Part shown: positions 1-10,559 of the stretch, one piece after another | How the letters are laid out: the number at the start of each line of letters is the position of its first letter | How positions within the stretch are numbered: the first letter of the stretch is position 1 | Origin: Paracoccaceae bacterium | GTDB taxonomy: Bacteria > Pseudomonadota > Alphaproteobacteria > Rhodobacterales > Rhodobacteraceae | Assembly (NCBI GenBank): GCA_007123625.1 | Contig: SKKS01000294.1 | Span: 1 to 47,891, forward strand | Reading direction: 5' to 3' | Length of the DNA stretch: 47,891 nt | Position numbers and translations under genes: made by a program | The notes under the pieces: model-generated | What the model saw: only the letters and a program-made list of their open reading frames with translations | What the model was told of the DNA's origin: nothing | Databases searched by the model: none

Positions 1-2
1 GG

Positions 3-929
3 TTGGGCATGGCGCCGTTCCTGATCCGCCATCCGGTGCTGCTGAACAACTGGATGCTGGCGCGCGAGGAAGCGCTTGCGCGGGTACGCGCGCAAGACGC
101 CGTGGGTGAAGCGGAATTCGAGGGATTTCAGGCAACCTTGAACGCGGCCACGGACAACGCCGCGCTGTGGTCCAGCGCGCACGACATCCAGCAGGCGAAA
201 CTGACCGATCTGCGCGACAGCCTTGCCCGGATCTCAGCCCATGTTGCACTGGGCTGGGACCGTCAGGCGCCCAATCCGTGGGATGCGCTCTGGCGCTGGG
301 GAGAGGCGAACCTGCCGCTGGAAGGGCAGGAGGCCCTTCTTGCCGCCATGTTGGAGCCGCATGGCGCCCTGATCGATGGACTGGGCGATTGCATGGACGC
401 GGACGAAGACGCTTATTTTTCCATCGACGGCGCGATGCGCGTGGGCGAACTGCGCGCGATCCTGCGCGCGCAGTATGCTTGGGCGCTTGGGGTGGATTAT
501 GCCGCGCGCGACCACTCTGCCCGGTTCTGGTATGTCTCCGAGGACAAGTTGGAGCCGCGCCTTGGCGCGCGCTTCGACGAACCGGGCGCCGGGCGCGAAT
601 TGCCGCTGGACACGGGGCGGCAGGCAGCGGCGCTTTGCGATGCCCTGACGGCGCAGCCCGATGACCTGCCGGTGGCGCATCTGCTTCTGGCCCATCCTGA
701 ACACCGCCCCGCCCTGCGCCGCGCCCAGATTACCGCCCACCATCCGTTCGCCGAAATCCGCGATAACCTGATCGCCGCCGAGATGCTGCCGATCGACCTG
801 TTGCGCTGCAAGCTGGCGTTCTTCGGAGCAACGCGGTTTGACCCGCGTTCGGACCGCTGGGTGCGGATCAGCCTGTTTCAGGGCGCGCCCTATCCCGATG
901 ACATGCAAGGGCGCGCGCATGAAGCATGA
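3..929 (+). CDS. Conserved hypothetical protein, 5'-truncated by window edge
   Basis: Open frame from window start (LGMAPFL...WYVSEDKLEPRLG...KLAFFGATRFDPRSDRWVRI); overlaps start of next gene; function not recognised. Confidence 0.7.
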   Translation: MGMAPFLIRHPVLLNNWMLAREEALARVRAQDAVGEAEFEGFQATLNAATDNAALWSSAHDIQQAKLTDLRDSLARISAHVALGWDRQAPNPWDALWRWGEANLPLEGQEALLAAMLEPHGALIDGLGDCMDADEDAYFSIDGAMRVGELRAILRAQYAWALGVDYAARDHSARFWYVSEDKLEPRLGARFDEPGAGRELPLDTGRQAAALCDALTAQPDDLPVAHLLLAHPEHRPALRRAQITAHHPFAEIRDNLIAAEMLPIDLLRCKLAFFGATRFDPRSDRWVRISLFQGAPYPDDMQGRAHEA

Positions 930-1566
930 TCCCCGGCCCAACGCCCCGCAAAGGGCCGACAGCGCCGCCGTGCATCTGTCGCTGTCCGAGATCGCGGCGC
1001 TGGCCTGGCGCGCCACGCGCGGCGCGGGCCGTGCCTGGGGCGAGGCCGAGGAAAGCGCCGAGGCCGCCTGCTGGCTGGCGCGGGCCGGGACGGACTGGGC
1101 CAGTGCACTGATCGGCGCTCTTGCCCTGTCCCCCGATACCTCGGGCTGCCCCTTGCGTGCGGGTATCGCGCTGGCCGATTTTGCGGCGCTGCCCGAGGGC
1201 GTGGCGGCGCGCGGTGCTCTCCTGACGAACCTGCGCCACCCGGCCTTCGTGCTGCCCTTCGCCGCCCGTGCCGCCACCGCGACCGGACAGGCCCTGCGGC
1301 TGGAATGGGCTGGCGCCACAGCGACCCTTGCCCCCCTGGCCGCGCCGATGGTCGAGGGCGCGATCATGGCCACAGGCCCGGTGGACGTGCGCATCGCGCC
1401 CGTTTCGTTGGCCGATCCCCTGCTCACGCAATGGCCGGCGCGCCACCACGGCACAATCGCCGCCGACCACTACGCCACCCTCAACGCACTGATGCTGCGC
1501 TTCACCGTGCCCGCTTCAGCAACATCACAGGCGGGCGCTGGCGCGCAGGGTAATGACAACGACTGA
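919..1566 (+). CDS. DUF3726-like protein (often near sarcosine oxidase/methylamine-betaine genes)
   Basis: Motif SLSEIAALAWRATRGAGRAWGEAEESAEAACWL and C-terminal VPASATSQAGAGAQGNDND; ATG at 919 overlaps upstream gene. Confidence 0.65.
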   Translation: MKHDPRPNAPQRADSAAVHLSLSEIAALAWRATRGAGRAWGEAEESAEAACWLARAGTDWASALIGALALSPDTSGCPLRAGIALADFAALPEGVAARGALLTNLRHPAFVLPFAARAATATGQALRLEWAGATATLAPLAAPMVEGAIMATGPVDVRIAPVSLADPLLTQWPARHHGTIAADHYATLNALMLRFTVPASATSQAGAGAQGNDND

Positions 1567-1651
1567 CCCAGGGATCGCCCGCTGGGCGGACCCGGAAACC
1601 GACCGAACAGAAACGACACCAAGACCAATCCACGCAACAGGGAGACCACCC

Positions 1652-2614
1652 ATGAAAAGAACACTGATCGCCACGGCCATCGCCGGATTTGCCCTGCCCA
1701 CCGCCGCCCTTGCCGATTGCGGGCGCGTTTCGGTGGCGGAAATGAACTGGGCTTCGGCCTCGATCATCACCAAGGTCACCGAGTTCCTGATGGTGCAAGG
1801 CTATGGCTGCGACGTGACGCTGGTGCCTTCGGCCACGACCACGGCCGTCACTTCGCTGGCCGAAAACAACGAACCCGATGTGGTGCCCGAACTCTGGATC
1901 AACTCGGCGCCGCTTTACACCCGGCTCGAAGCCGAAGGCCGCGTGCGCAAGGCGGCGGATGTGTTCTCGGATGGCGGCACCGAAAACTGGTATGTGCCCG
2001 ATTACCTGATCGAGGCGCACCCGGAACTGGCAACCGTCGAAGGTATCCTGGCCAACCCCGAGCTGGTGGGCGGACGTTTCCACAACTGCCCCGATGGCTG
2101 GGGCTGCCGCATCGCCAATGACAACCTGGTCATTGCCTACGACTTCGAAGGCCACGGCATGGAGGTCTTCAACCACGGGTCGGGGGAAACAATGGCTGCG
2201 GCGATGGCCTCGGCGTATGAAGACCGCGAACCTTTCTTCGGCTACATGTATGGCCCGACAGCGGTGTTGGGGCGCTATGGCATGGTGGCGGTCGACATGG
2301 GGCCGCATATCGCCGAAGTGCATGACTGCAACCAGACACCCGATTGCGCGACGCCGGGCATTTCCGCGTTCCCGGCCGCGCCGGTGCTGACCGTCGTCAC
2401 CGCCGATTTCGCCGAGCGCAACCCCGACATCTTCGATCTGGTCAGCAACATCACCTTCACCTCGCAGGAACTGAGCGAGCTGCTGGCCTGGCAGACGGAA
2501 AACAGCGCCTCGGCCGAAGAAGCCGCCGTGCACTACCTGACCACGCAGCAGGACACCTGGGGCGACTGGATCAATGACGATGCGCGCGCGCGGCTGGCGG
2601 CGCTGTTTCCATAA
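1652..2614 (+). CDS. Glycine betaine/proline/quaternary amine ABC transporter substrate-binding protein (ProX/OpuAC family)
   Basis: GGAG RBS, signal peptide MKRTLIATAIAG...ALA, EMNWAS, PELW, CPDGWGC motifs. Confidence 0.9.
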   Translation: MKRTLIATAIAGFALPTAALADCGRVSVAEMNWASASIITKVTEFLMVQGYGCDVTLVPSATTTAVTSLAENNEPDVVPELWINSAPLYTRLEAEGRVRKAADVFSDGGTENWYVPDYLIEAHPELATVEGILANPELVGGRFHNCPDGWGCRIANDNLVIAYDFEGHGMEVFNHGSGETMAAAMASAYEDREPFFGYMYGPTAVLGRYGMVAVDMGPHIAEVHDCNQTPDCATPGISAFPAAPVLTVVTADFAERNPDIFDLVSNITFTSQELSELLAWQTENSASAEEAAVHYLTTQQDTWGDWINDDARARLAALFP

Positions 2615-2690
2615 CCCGGCGCCATGAACCCGGCCCGGCGCCGCCTGCGGGCAGCGCCGGGTGCACTGACGCGAAGGGATGGGCCTGACC

Positions 2691-3746
2691 ATGGCGACCT
2701 ATGATTTCGTTTTCGAGAGCGCCGGGCTGCGCGACTGGTGCGGCGAACCACAGCAGACCGGCCCCATGACCATGGCCGACCTGCTGGCACGGGGCGCGAC
2801 CGCGACCGACTCCACCGGTTTCGACTGGGGCAAGCTGTGGGCGCTGCCGTTCCCTTCGCTTGACGAACTCAACAAGGCCTGCGCAGCAATCCCGCGCTCA
2901 CGCGATCTGACCCGGTCGCTGGAAGCCGGGTTCCTGAACATCCGCGACAGCCTGCGCGTCGTGCTGGACCCGCTGACCCAACCGCTGAGCTGGATGCTGG
3001 AATGGGCGCTGCATATCTTTGCCGTCACGCCCTGGTGGATCATGCTGCCGCTGCTGCTGGCCGTGGTCTGGGTGGCGTCGCGGTCCTGGACACTGATTGC
3101 CTTTGTCGCCGGTGCGCTGGCGTTCCTGCTCTTTGTCGATCATTACAGCTTTGCCATGCAGACGCTGTCGATCATCTTTGTCTGCGCCTTTCTGTGCGTG
3201 TTGTTCGGCGTGCCCATCGGCATTGCCATGTCCCGAAGCGACACCATGCAACGGCTGACAATCCCGGTGCTGGACATGCTCCAGACCTTGCCGACCTTCG
3301 TGTATCTGATCCCGCTGATCTTCCTGTTCTCGGTGACCGAGCCAAAGCTATATGGCATCGCCATCATCCTTTATGCCATCGTGCCCGTGATCCGGCTGAC
3401 CGATCTGGGTATCCGGCTGGTGGACAAGGACGTGATCGAGGCCGCCGAGGCCTTTGGCATGACGCGGCACCAGAAACTGGTGCGCGTGCAGATCCCGCTG
3501 GCGCTTCCCAACATCATGGCCGGTGTGAACCAGACCATCATGATGAGCCTGGCAATGGTGGTGATCGCTTCGCTGGTGTCGGCGCCGGGGCTAGGGGTGC
3601 TGGTGCTACGCGGCATCCGCAATCTGGAACTTGGTGTGGGGCTGATGGCGGGGCTGGGGATTGTCCTGCTGGCTGTCATTCTGGACCGAGTCACCAAGGC
3701 GGCGCTGGCGCGGGTGAATGCCGCCTCCAGCGTGCCGCGGCATTGA
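2691..3746 (+). CDS. ABC transporter permease (ProW/OpuAB family)
   Basis: PVLDMLQTLPTFVYLIP, EAA motif EAAEAFG, GVNQTIMMSLAMVV. Confidence 0.92.
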   Translation: MATYDFVFESAGLRDWCGEPQQTGPMTMADLLARGATATDSTGFDWGKLWALPFPSLDELNKACAAIPRSRDLTRSLEAGFLNIRDSLRVVLDPLTQPLSWMLEWALHIFAVTPWWIMLPLLLAVVWVASRSWTLIAFVAGALAFLLFVDHYSFAMQTLSIIFVCAFLCVLFGVPIGIAMSRSDTMQRLTIPVLDMLQTLPTFVYLIPLIFLFSVTEPKLYGIAIILYAIVPVIRLTDLGIRLVDKDVIEAAEAFGMTRHQKLVRVQIPLALPNIMAGVNQTIMMSLAMVVIASLVSAPGLGVLVLRGIRNLELGVGLMAGLGIVLLAVILDRVTKAALARVNAASSVPRH

Positions 3747-3758
3747 GCGGGGGCTGAC

Positions 3759-4832
3759 ATGGACCAGCAAGCCAGCATCTCCATCCGCAACCTTTACAAG
3801 GTGTTCGGGACGCAACCGCTCAAGGCGCTGGCGCATGTGCGCGCGGGCATGGGCAAGTCGGAGCTGATGGCGCAACACCGCCACGTGCTGGGTCTGCGCG
3901 ACATCAATGTCGACATGCGCGCGGGCGAGATTACGGTGATCATGGGGCTGTCCGGATCGGGCAAGTCCACGCTGATCCGCCACGTCAACCGACTGATCGA
4001 ACCGACAGCAGGCGAAATCCTTGTCAATGGCGAGAATATCCTGACCTTTGGCGAAACCCGCCTGCGGGACCTGCGCCGCAAGCAGATGTCGATGGTGTTC
4101 CAGCATTTCGCCTTGCTGCCGCACCGGACCGTGCTGGACAATGCCGGCATGGCGCGCGCCGTGCGCGGCGAAACCCGCGCGGATTATGAACGTGACGCGC
4201 GCGCATGGCTGGACCGTGTGGGGCTGGGCGGGCAGGACGGGCAATACCCGCACCAGCTTTCTGGCGGCATGCAGCAGCGCGTCGGCATCGCCCGGGCGCT
4301 GACCTCGAACGCGCCGATCATGCTGATGGACGAGGCATTTTCGGCCCTCGATCCGCTGATCCGCACCGACATGCAGGATCTGTTGCTGGAGCTGCAGCAG
4401 GAGCTGCAGAAAACCATCGTCTTCATCAGCCACGATCTGGATGAGGCGCTGAAGCTGGCAGACCATCTGGTGATCCTGAAGGATGGCATCGTCGTCCAGC
4501 AGGGCGAGCCGCAGGAGATCCTTCTGAACCCCAATGACCCCTACATCGTCGACTTCATCAGCGACATCAACCGCGCGCGGGTGCTGCGCGTGCGCTCGGT
4601 CATGGACGCCGGGATGGCGCCCCCTTCAGATCCCGCCGGGACGGTCGATGCGGATGCAACACTGGAATCGGTGATCGCGCTGTCCGGCGGGGACACGGCG
4701 CTGGTCTATACGGTCCTGCGCGACGGCAAGCAGGTCGGATATCTGGACATGCAAAAGCTGGTGCGCGCCCTGGTTCCGACACAGGCGCCGCGCACGTCCC
4801 GCAAGAAGCCCCCAACCGCAATGACCGGCTGA
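3759..4832 (+). CDS. ABC transporter ATP-binding protein (ProV/OpuAA family)
   Basis: Walker A GLSGSGKS, signature LSGGMQQRV, Walker B MLMDEAFSALDPLIR. Confidence 0.93.
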   Translation: MDQQASISIRNLYKVFGTQPLKALAHVRAGMGKSELMAQHRHVLGLRDINVDMRAGEITVIMGLSGSGKSTLIRHVNRLIEPTAGEILVNGENILTFGETRLRDLRRKQMSMVFQHFALLPHRTVLDNAGMARAVRGETRADYERDARAWLDRVGLGGQDGQYPHQLSGGMQQRVGIARALTSNAPIMLMDEAFSALDPLIRTDMQDLLLELQQELQKTIVFISHDLDEALKLADHLVILKDGIVVQQGEPQEILLNPNDPYIVDFISDINRARVLRVRSVMDAGMAPPSDPAGTVDADATLESVIALSGGDTALVYTVLRDGKQVGYLDMQKLVRALVPTQAPRTSRKKPPTAMTG

Positions 4833-4904
4833 GCGGCGGACGCGGCATCGCCGTTGCCGCAGCGCCGGATTTTCGGGGTCAACGCCAGACATCCTTGCCC
4901 GGGC

Positions 4905-4931
4905 TTACATTCGCGCACGCGCTGCCGTTCA
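4905..4931 (+). promoter_or_regulatory. Putative sigma28 (FliA) promoter of fliS
   Basis: TTAC-N15-GCCGTTCA, same spacing and -10 as the other sigma28 sites in the window. Confidence 0.6.
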
Positions 4932-4969
4932 GGAGGAATGCGACCCCACAGCATGGATGCGAGCCTCGA

Positions 4970-5374
4970 ATGAACCTGCAATACGCCCGACAGCAATACC
5001 GTCGCCACGCGCAAACCGATCCGTCGATACCAGATGACCCCCATGCCATTATCGCGCTGGTGCTGCGGGAACTGCACGGCGCCCTGGAACGGCTGTGCAT
5101 CGCCAGCGCCAACAAGACCGCGCTGCCACCGGATGCCATGGTCAAGGGGATGTCGGCGCTCTACATCCTGCAGAGCAGCCTGGACATGGACAGCGACAGG
5201 GATGTCGCGGTGCCGCTGTTTCAGGTCTATGAATTCTGTCGCCAGCAGATCATGGCCGCCTTTCGCAAGGAAGCGGGCCAGGACGCGGAGTTGGACAAGG
5301 CGCGTGACTTCGTGGGCAGCCTCAGGGATGCCTGGGCGCAGATGGACCGCACGGCGTCAGTTTCCTTAGCGTAG
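4970..5374 (+). CDS. fliS: Flagellar export chaperone FliS
   Basis: YARQQYR N-terminus, DPHAIIALVL, LQSSLDMD...LFQVYEF...LRDAW pattern. Confidence 0.85.
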   Translation: MNLQYARQQYRRHAQTDPSIPDDPHAIIALVLRELHGALERLCIASANKTALPPDAMVKGMSALYILQSSLDMDSDRDVAVPLFQVYEFCRQQIMAAFRKEAGQDAELDKARDFVGSLRDAWAQMDRTASVSLA

Positions 5375-6607
5375 ATAGTCAAAAAGCGACCGCCCGGTGA
5401 TCTTGACAAAGCTTTGCTGGGCCGCCTGCTGGTTCAGAAGAAGACCTTGAAGGCGGGTGATCGCCTCGGCCACGTTCACATCGTGCAGGCGCGACACCGC
5501 CTGATCCAGCGTCAGGCCGGTTTCGGCGATCCGCTCCAGCCGCTTGTCCAGCGCACCGGCCAGCGCGCCCGAAGCCGCGCGCATCTCCGCCATGTGTTCG
5601 ACCGCACCTGAACTGCGCGCGACCAGCGCATGGTTGCCAAGACGCGCCGGACGCAGGGACACCGGGCCGCGCAGGACTTCGCCCGCTTCATCGAGCGCTT
5701 CAAGCTGCACCATCGGGCGTTTTGACGGGGCGTCGGCGGGGCCGGTCTGGTTGCTCAGGCTGATCTGGCCTGCGGCGACCAGCCGGATACCTGCACCGTC
5801 TGCAATGGCCGCGATACCTGTCTGCGCGTTTGCGGCATTGATCGCGGCAATCCGGTCGGCCCCGGCGTCGGCGCTCAGATCAAGTGTGATTTCTGCGCTG
5901 CCTTGCGGTCCCTCAAGCGTCAGCGCGATTTCCTGGCCCGCTCCCTGCGCCAGATCAAGCCGCCCGCGCCCCGTTGCCTGCACCGTGTCGCGGGCGGACA
6001 ACACAGGGTCCGACAGCGCCGTCACAATATCATCGAGCAGGGCAAAGACACTCTCCTGCCCGGAACCGAACGCCCGCCCGCCGGGCAGTCCGGTCTCCAG
6101 TCGCGCATGGGCTCCCATCTGCACAACGGGCGCGGCATTGTCGCCGAAGTACGCAATCCCCTGCGGTGTCGGGGCAAAGGCAGGACCCGGCGCGGTGCCG
6201 GAAAACAGCGGTCGACCTTGTTGGTCAGGGGTATTGGCGACCGCCAGAAGCGTGTTGCGCAAGGTTTCGGCCTGTACCCGGAGTGCTGCATGCGCCTCGC
6301 GTGTGAGGGTGTCGTTTCCCGCCTGAAGGGTGATGCGGTAAAGCTCGCGCACACCGTCCGACGCTTCGGCCAGCGCGGCATCGGTCAGCGCCAGCCGGTC
6401 GGCTGCAGTCCGTCCTATCGCGGTTTGCGTCGTCAGATCCGAGCGCAGGTCGCGCAGTGCCGAAAGCTCCATCGCGCGGGCTGGATCGGCGGACACGCGC
6501 GGGTCTTGCGCGCCCGTGGACAGCTGTTCGTGAAGCTGCGCGATATCGCGGTCCTGGCGGGTGAACCCGCGAATGGCCTGTTGGGCAAAAAGGGCGTCCG
6601 AGATCAT
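5366..6607 (-). CDS. flgL: Hook-associated protein 3 FlgL
   Basis: Flagellin-like N-terminus (QLSTG...SADP), ANT..G+PLFSG, C-terminal SLFDYLR; follows flgK; GGAG RBS before ATG at 6607. Confidence 0.9.
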   Translation of the reverse strand: MISDALFAQQAIRGFTRQDRDIAQLHEQLSTGAQDPRVSADPARAMELSALRDLRSDLTTQTAIGRTAADRLALTDAALAEASDGVRELYRITLQAGNDTLTREAHAALRVQAETLRNTLLAVANTPDQQGRPLFSGTAPGPAFAPTPQGIAYFGDNAAPVVQMGAHARLETGLPGGRAFGSGQESVFALLDDIVTALSDPVLSARDTVQATGRGRLDLAQGAGQEIALTLEGPQGSAEITLDLSADAGADRIAAINAANAQTGIAAIADGAGIRLVAAGQISLSNQTGPADAPSKRPMVQLEALDEAGEVLRGPVSLRPARLGNHALVARSSGAVEHMAEMRAASGALAGALDKRLERIAETGLTLDQAVSRLHDVNVAEAITRLQGLLLNQQAAQQSFVKITGRSLFDYLR

Positions 6608-6618
6608 GGCCTGCTCCG

Positions 6619-8490
6619 TCACATCATGCGCAAAAGGGTGTCGAACAGGCTGCGCGCGATGGACAGGGCCTGCGCTGATGCCTGATAGGACTGCTGCAAC
6701 TCGACCATGCGCGCGGCCTCGACGTCCAGATCGACCGCGCCTAGGGCCGCTTCCTCGCGCTCGGCGCTTTCAAGCCGGGCCTGTGCGGTATTATTGGCGC
6801 GCTGCGCCGCTGCCGCGCGAATGCCCAGGTCGGACTGGAATCGCGCGATGTTGTCCAACAAGCCGTTTCCGCCTTCGGCGCGGCGCATGTCCGCCATGGC
6901 TTGCGCGATGTCGCCATTGCCCGACCCAGCACCGGACGGACGCAAGGTGAAGCGGTCTCCGGTCCCGGCGACCCCGCTCAGTTGCAGATCCAGCCCGCCA
7001 AGGGACACGCGGCCGTCTTCGCCAAGCGTTCCCGCGTCCAGTACCGCGCTGTCCGGGACCGTGCGCAGTTCCACCTGTCCGGTCGCGGCATCGCGCACCA
7101 CCAGATCCAGCGCATCGGGGCGCGGGGTGTCGGTGGCGCGGCTGACCTGCAAGCGCGCGACCCCCATATTGCCTCGGGCCGGGGCAACCGACAGGTCTGC
7201 AGCAGGCGCCAGCGCGCGCGGATCGGACAGCGCCAGCCGCAGGTCAGTTGCGCGCCCCGCCGTCGCCGCCAGCGTGATCCGGTCGCCATCACGCGCAGCC
7301 CCGGCCAGATCGATAGTCACGCCCGGCAGGACAAGCCGCTCGCGCCCCGAGGCAAGGATGGCGCCGTCGGCGGCGCGGGCCTGCCATACCGAGGCGTCGG
7401 CGTCAAAGACAAGATCCAGCGGGCCCTGCAGCGACTGCGGCCCCTCGGCGCGCGTCTGCACATGAATGCGCGCTGCCGTCGTGGCGGCGGGCGTGGCGGA
7501 CCATCCATCAAGGCGAAACAGGTCCTGCCCCGCCCGCCCGGACAGGTCTACCCCGCTGCGGTGCACCTGGTTCAGGCCATCGACCAGATTGCGCGCAAGC
7601 TGGTCGAATTCGCCGCGCGCCATGTCGATCGCCCCGATCCCCATCGCCAGACCGCCCAGCCGACCCGCCCCCAGCATGCGTGTGTCACGCGTGCCGCCAT
7701 CCGGCGCGGTGATTTGCAGCGTCAGCTGGTCGGGCGCGACAACGGCCAGCCGCGCAGGGCCATCGCGGTCCAACAGCACAGGCCCGGCATCGGACCCCAG
7801 CCGGATATCCGGGCGACCGTCGGCAAGCAGGTTGACCGACAACGGAAGCTGCTGCGCCAGTTCGCCCAGCAACGCGTCGCGCCGATCCGCAAGCGGGTGA
7901 TGGCCTGCGGTCTGGCGTTCGCCCATTTGGGCAATCTGGGTGTTCAGATGGTGCAGGTCTTCCAGAACCCCTTGCGCGCGCGCGGCGGCAATCCCGGCTT
8001 GCGCCACCGTGTCGCGCCGAACCTGCAACAGATCGCTCGCCGTGTCTGCGATATCCGTGGCCAGCGCCGTGGCGGTGTTCAGGGTCAGGGCGCGCGTGGT
8101 CGTGTCGGCGGGGCTGGCCGCCAGCCGCGAGAGGCTGTCGAAAAAGGCCCGCATGCGCCCGTCCAGCCCGTTTTCACCCGGGATCAGGCGGGATTCCAGC
8201 GCCTCGGCCACGCCCTGATGCGCGGCGCCGGACGCCTGGGCGCTGGATGCCATCCGCCCGCGTTCAGCCACCAGATGGTCGAAAGCGCGCCGGACTTCAG
8301 ACACGCTTACACCCTGCCCACCGGTCGGCAATGTTTGCGGTGTCGTCTGCCCGCCTGCCGCTGTCACGCTCGCGACATCGCGGCGGCGATAGCCTTCGGT
8401 GCCGACATTGGCGACATTCTCGGCGGTCACGGCCAGCGCGGTACGGCTGGCAAGCACGCCGCTGCGGGCGATATGCAGCATATCGGTCAA
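6619..8490 (-). CDS. flgK: Hook-associated protein 1 FlgK
   Basis: IARSGVLASRTALAVTAENVANVGTEGYRR; VDLDVEAARMVELQQSYQASAQ. Confidence 0.93.
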   Translation of the reverse strand: MTDMLHIARSGVLASRTALAVTAENVANVGTEGYRRRDVASVTAAGGQTTPQTLPTGGQGVSVSEVRRAFDHLVAERGRMASSAQASGAAHQGVAEALESRLIPGENGLDGRMRAFFDSLSRLAASPADTTTRALTLNTATALATDIADTASDLLQVRRDTVAQAGIAAARAQGVLEDLHHLNTQIAQMGERQTAGHHPLADRRDALLGELAQQLPLSVNLLADGRPDIRLGSDAGPVLLDRDGPARLAVVAPDQLTLQITAPDGGTRDTRMLGAGRLGGLAMGIGAIDMARGEFDQLARNLVDGLNQVHRSGVDLSGRAGQDLFRLDGWSATPAATTAARIHVQTRAEGPQSLQGPLDLVFDADASVWQARAADGAILASGRERLVLPGVTIDLAGAARDGDRITLAATAGRATDLRLALSDPRALAPAADLSVAPARGNMGVARLQVSRATDTPRPDALDLVVRDAATGQVELRTVPDSAVLDAGTLGEDGRVSLGGLDLQLSGVAGTGDRFTLRPSGAGSGNGDIAQAMADMRRAEGGNGLLDNIARFQSDLGIRAAAAQRANNTAQARLESAEREEAALGAVDLDVEAARMVELQQSYQASAQALSIARSLFDTLLRMM

Positions 8491-8780
8491 AAGCTATCCC
8501 CTTGCGGGCCGAACTGGCGGATAATGGCTTTGGCCACGCCCAGCCGCGCCTGCCCCGAAGCGTGCCTGGCGAGATGCGTGTCCAGCATGTCCTGCGCCAT
8601 GCGCACCCCCTGCGAGCTTGTCAGATCGTCGCCGGGGAGACTGGCGCGGCCACCTTTCAGCAGCTCTGTCAGAAACAGCGATTCAAACCCTTCAGCGGCG
8701 GCACGCAGGTCCTCGGGCGCAGGCCTTGGGTTGACCGGCGACAACGCCAGATGCAGCGCAGAGATCGGGGCCAAGTCCAT
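8487..8780 (-). CDS. flgJ: Single-domain FlgJ (rod-capping, no muramidase)
   Basis: LRAAAEGFESLFL...MLD...GVAKAIIRQF rod-binding motif; between flgI and flgK. Confidence 0.85.
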   Translation of the reverse strand: MDLAPISALHLALSPVNPRPAPEDLRAAAEGFESLFLTELLKGGRASLPGDDLTSSQGVRMAQDMLDTHLARHASGQARLGVAKAIIRQFGPQGDSF

Positions 8781-8790
8781 GTTTTCCCCC

Positions 8791-9909
8791 TCAGATGACC
8801 ATCAGTTCTGCGCGCAAGGCGCCAGCCTGACGCAGTGCTTCAAGGATCGCCACCAGGTCCGAAGGGCTGGCGCCGACGGCGTTGATCGCATCCACCAGCG
8901 ACGAGAGCGAAACACCGGGGTCGAACACAAACGCCCGCGCCGGTTCCTGGTTGACGTCGATCTGCGTATCCGGCGTGACAACTGCCTCGCCGGGCACCAC
9001 CATCGCGCCATTTACCCCGGCCACCACGGTCGCGGCCTGATCGACGTTGAAATCCTCGGTCACGCGCACGGTCAGCGATCCATGGGTGACGGCGGCGGGG
9101 GTGACACGCACATTGCCGCCGATCACCACGGTGCCGGTCCGCGAATTGACCACCACCCGCGCGGGAGGGGTATCAGGCGTGACCTCGATGTTCTCGAGCA
9201 TCCCCAGAAAGCCGACCCTGGCGCCTGGGATTTCCGGCGCGCGCACCCGGATGGATGACCCGTCGATAGCCATCGCCGTGCCTGCGCCGAACGCGGCATT
9301 GATCGCCTGTTCCACGCTTGCAGCTGTGGAAAAATCAGCGCGGTGCAGGTTCAGCAGCACATAGTCGCTGTCCATGAACGGCGTGTCGACCACGCGCTCG
9401 ACCGTCGCACCGCCGGGAATGCGCCCCACCGTGGGAATATTCACGGTCAGAAACGAGCCGTCATTACCCCCGACGCCCAGCCCCCCGACCACAAGGTTGC
9501 CCTGCGCAATCGCATAGATCTCGCCGTCCGCGCCCAGAAGCGGCGCCATGAGCAATGTGCCCCCCTGCAGCGACCTGGCGCTGCCCACGGTGGAAACGGT
9601 CACATCGATCAACTGCCCCTCTTTCATGAACGGGCCCAGATCGGCGGTAATCATGACGGCGGCGGCGTTTCGGGCATTGAGATCGCGCGCGCTGACCTGC
9701 AGTCCCAGCCGCGAGATCAGCGATTCCAGTGATTGCAGGGTCAGCCCGCTGTTGCCATCACCGCTGCCCGACAGGCCGACCACGACACCGTAGCCGACAA
9801 GCTGGTTGATCCGCACGCCGTAAACCGAAACCAGGTCCTTCAGCCGGTCCGCCAGCAGAAGGCCGGGCAGGAAACAGAACACGACAGTCAGAACAATGCG
9901 CGCGATCAT
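8791..9909 (-). CDS. flgI: P-ring protein FlgI
   Basis: [26 protein letters not shown]; [14 protein letters not shown]. Confidence 0.96.
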   Translation of the reverse strand: MIARIVLTVVFCFLPGLLLADRLKDLVSVYGVRINQLVGYGVVVGLSGSGDGNSGLTLQSLESLISRLGLQVSARDLNARNAAAVMITADLGPFMKEGQLIDVTVSTVGSARSLQGGTLLMAPLLGADGEIYAIAQGNLVVGGLGVGGNDGSFLTVNIPTVGRIPGGATVERVVDTPFMDSDYVLLNLHRADFSTAASVEQAINAAFGAGTAMAIDGSSIRVRAPEIPGARVGFLGMLENIEVTPDTPPARVVVNSRTGTVVIGGNVRVTPAAVTHGSLTVRVTEDFNVDQAATVVAGVNGAMVVPGEAVVTPDTQIDVNQEPARAFVFDPGVSLSSLVDAINAVGASPSDLVAILEALRQAGALRAELMVI

Positions 9910-10553
9910 ATCGGGTTCACCACGGCCAGTGCGCGGGTCAACCAGCCCTGTCGCCCGGTGTCGGCGACATCGCCTGCGCCGATATAGCGAATGTCGGCAT
10001 GAGCCAGCCGGTCGGACGTCACCACATTGTCGGGGCCGATATCCTCGGGGCGCACCACGCCGGTCAGGCGCACATACTCCGCGCCGTTGTTCAGCATCAG
10101 CCGTTTCTGGCCCGTGACTTCAAGGTGCCCGTTGGGCAACACACGCGCGACCGAAACGCTCAGCCGTCCGGTCAGTGAGTTCGACTGCGTGGCCGCGCCG
10201 CGCCCGGAAAAGCTCTGGCGTGTGGAATGGCCAAGCCCCCCGGCGTCGAACCCGCCGCTCAGCAGCATGGGCAACTCCATCTCGAAGCTGGAATTCCGGC
10301 CCGAGCTTGCGGATTGCGACTTGCTGGCCTGGAACCGTTCGACAAATTGCACCGTCAGCACATCGCCTACGGCACTGGCGCGGCGATCACTGACGAAAAG
10401 CCCGCGCGCCTCCTGATGAAAGATGCCACCGGTGGCGCGTTCGGCCGAAGGCACGGCCTCGTGATAGATCGGCGCGTAGTCGAGCCCCGCCTTGTCCTCG
10501 ATATAGGTGGAACAGGAAGCAAGGGGGAAAAGCAAAAGCAGGGGGCGCAGCAT
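9906..10553 (-). CDS. flgH: L-ring lipoprotein FlgH
   Basis: Lipobox LASC; [13 protein letters not shown]; VLPNG; GVVRPEDI. Confidence 0.95.
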   Translation of the reverse strand: MLRPLLLLFPLASCSTYIEDKAGLDYAPIYHEAVPSAERATGGIFHQEARGLFVSDRRASAVGDVLTVQFVERFQASKSQSASSGRNSSFEMELPMLLSGGFDAGGLGHSTRQSFSGRGAATQSNSLTGRLSVSVARVLPNGHLEVTGQKRLMLNNGAEYVRLTGVVRPEDIGPDNVVTSDRLAHADIRYIGAGDVADTGRQGWLTRALAVVNPI

Positions 10554-10559
10554 GGCGGC

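Noticed and set aside
6901-9258. Long antisense/shadow ORFs (e.g. 6901-9258, 17550-19526, 20327-22366, 26147-28714, 38947-40893, 45297-47399)
   Set aside because: They lie opposite well-supported genes, are Arg/Ala/Pro-rich and lack motifs; typical high-GC artefacts
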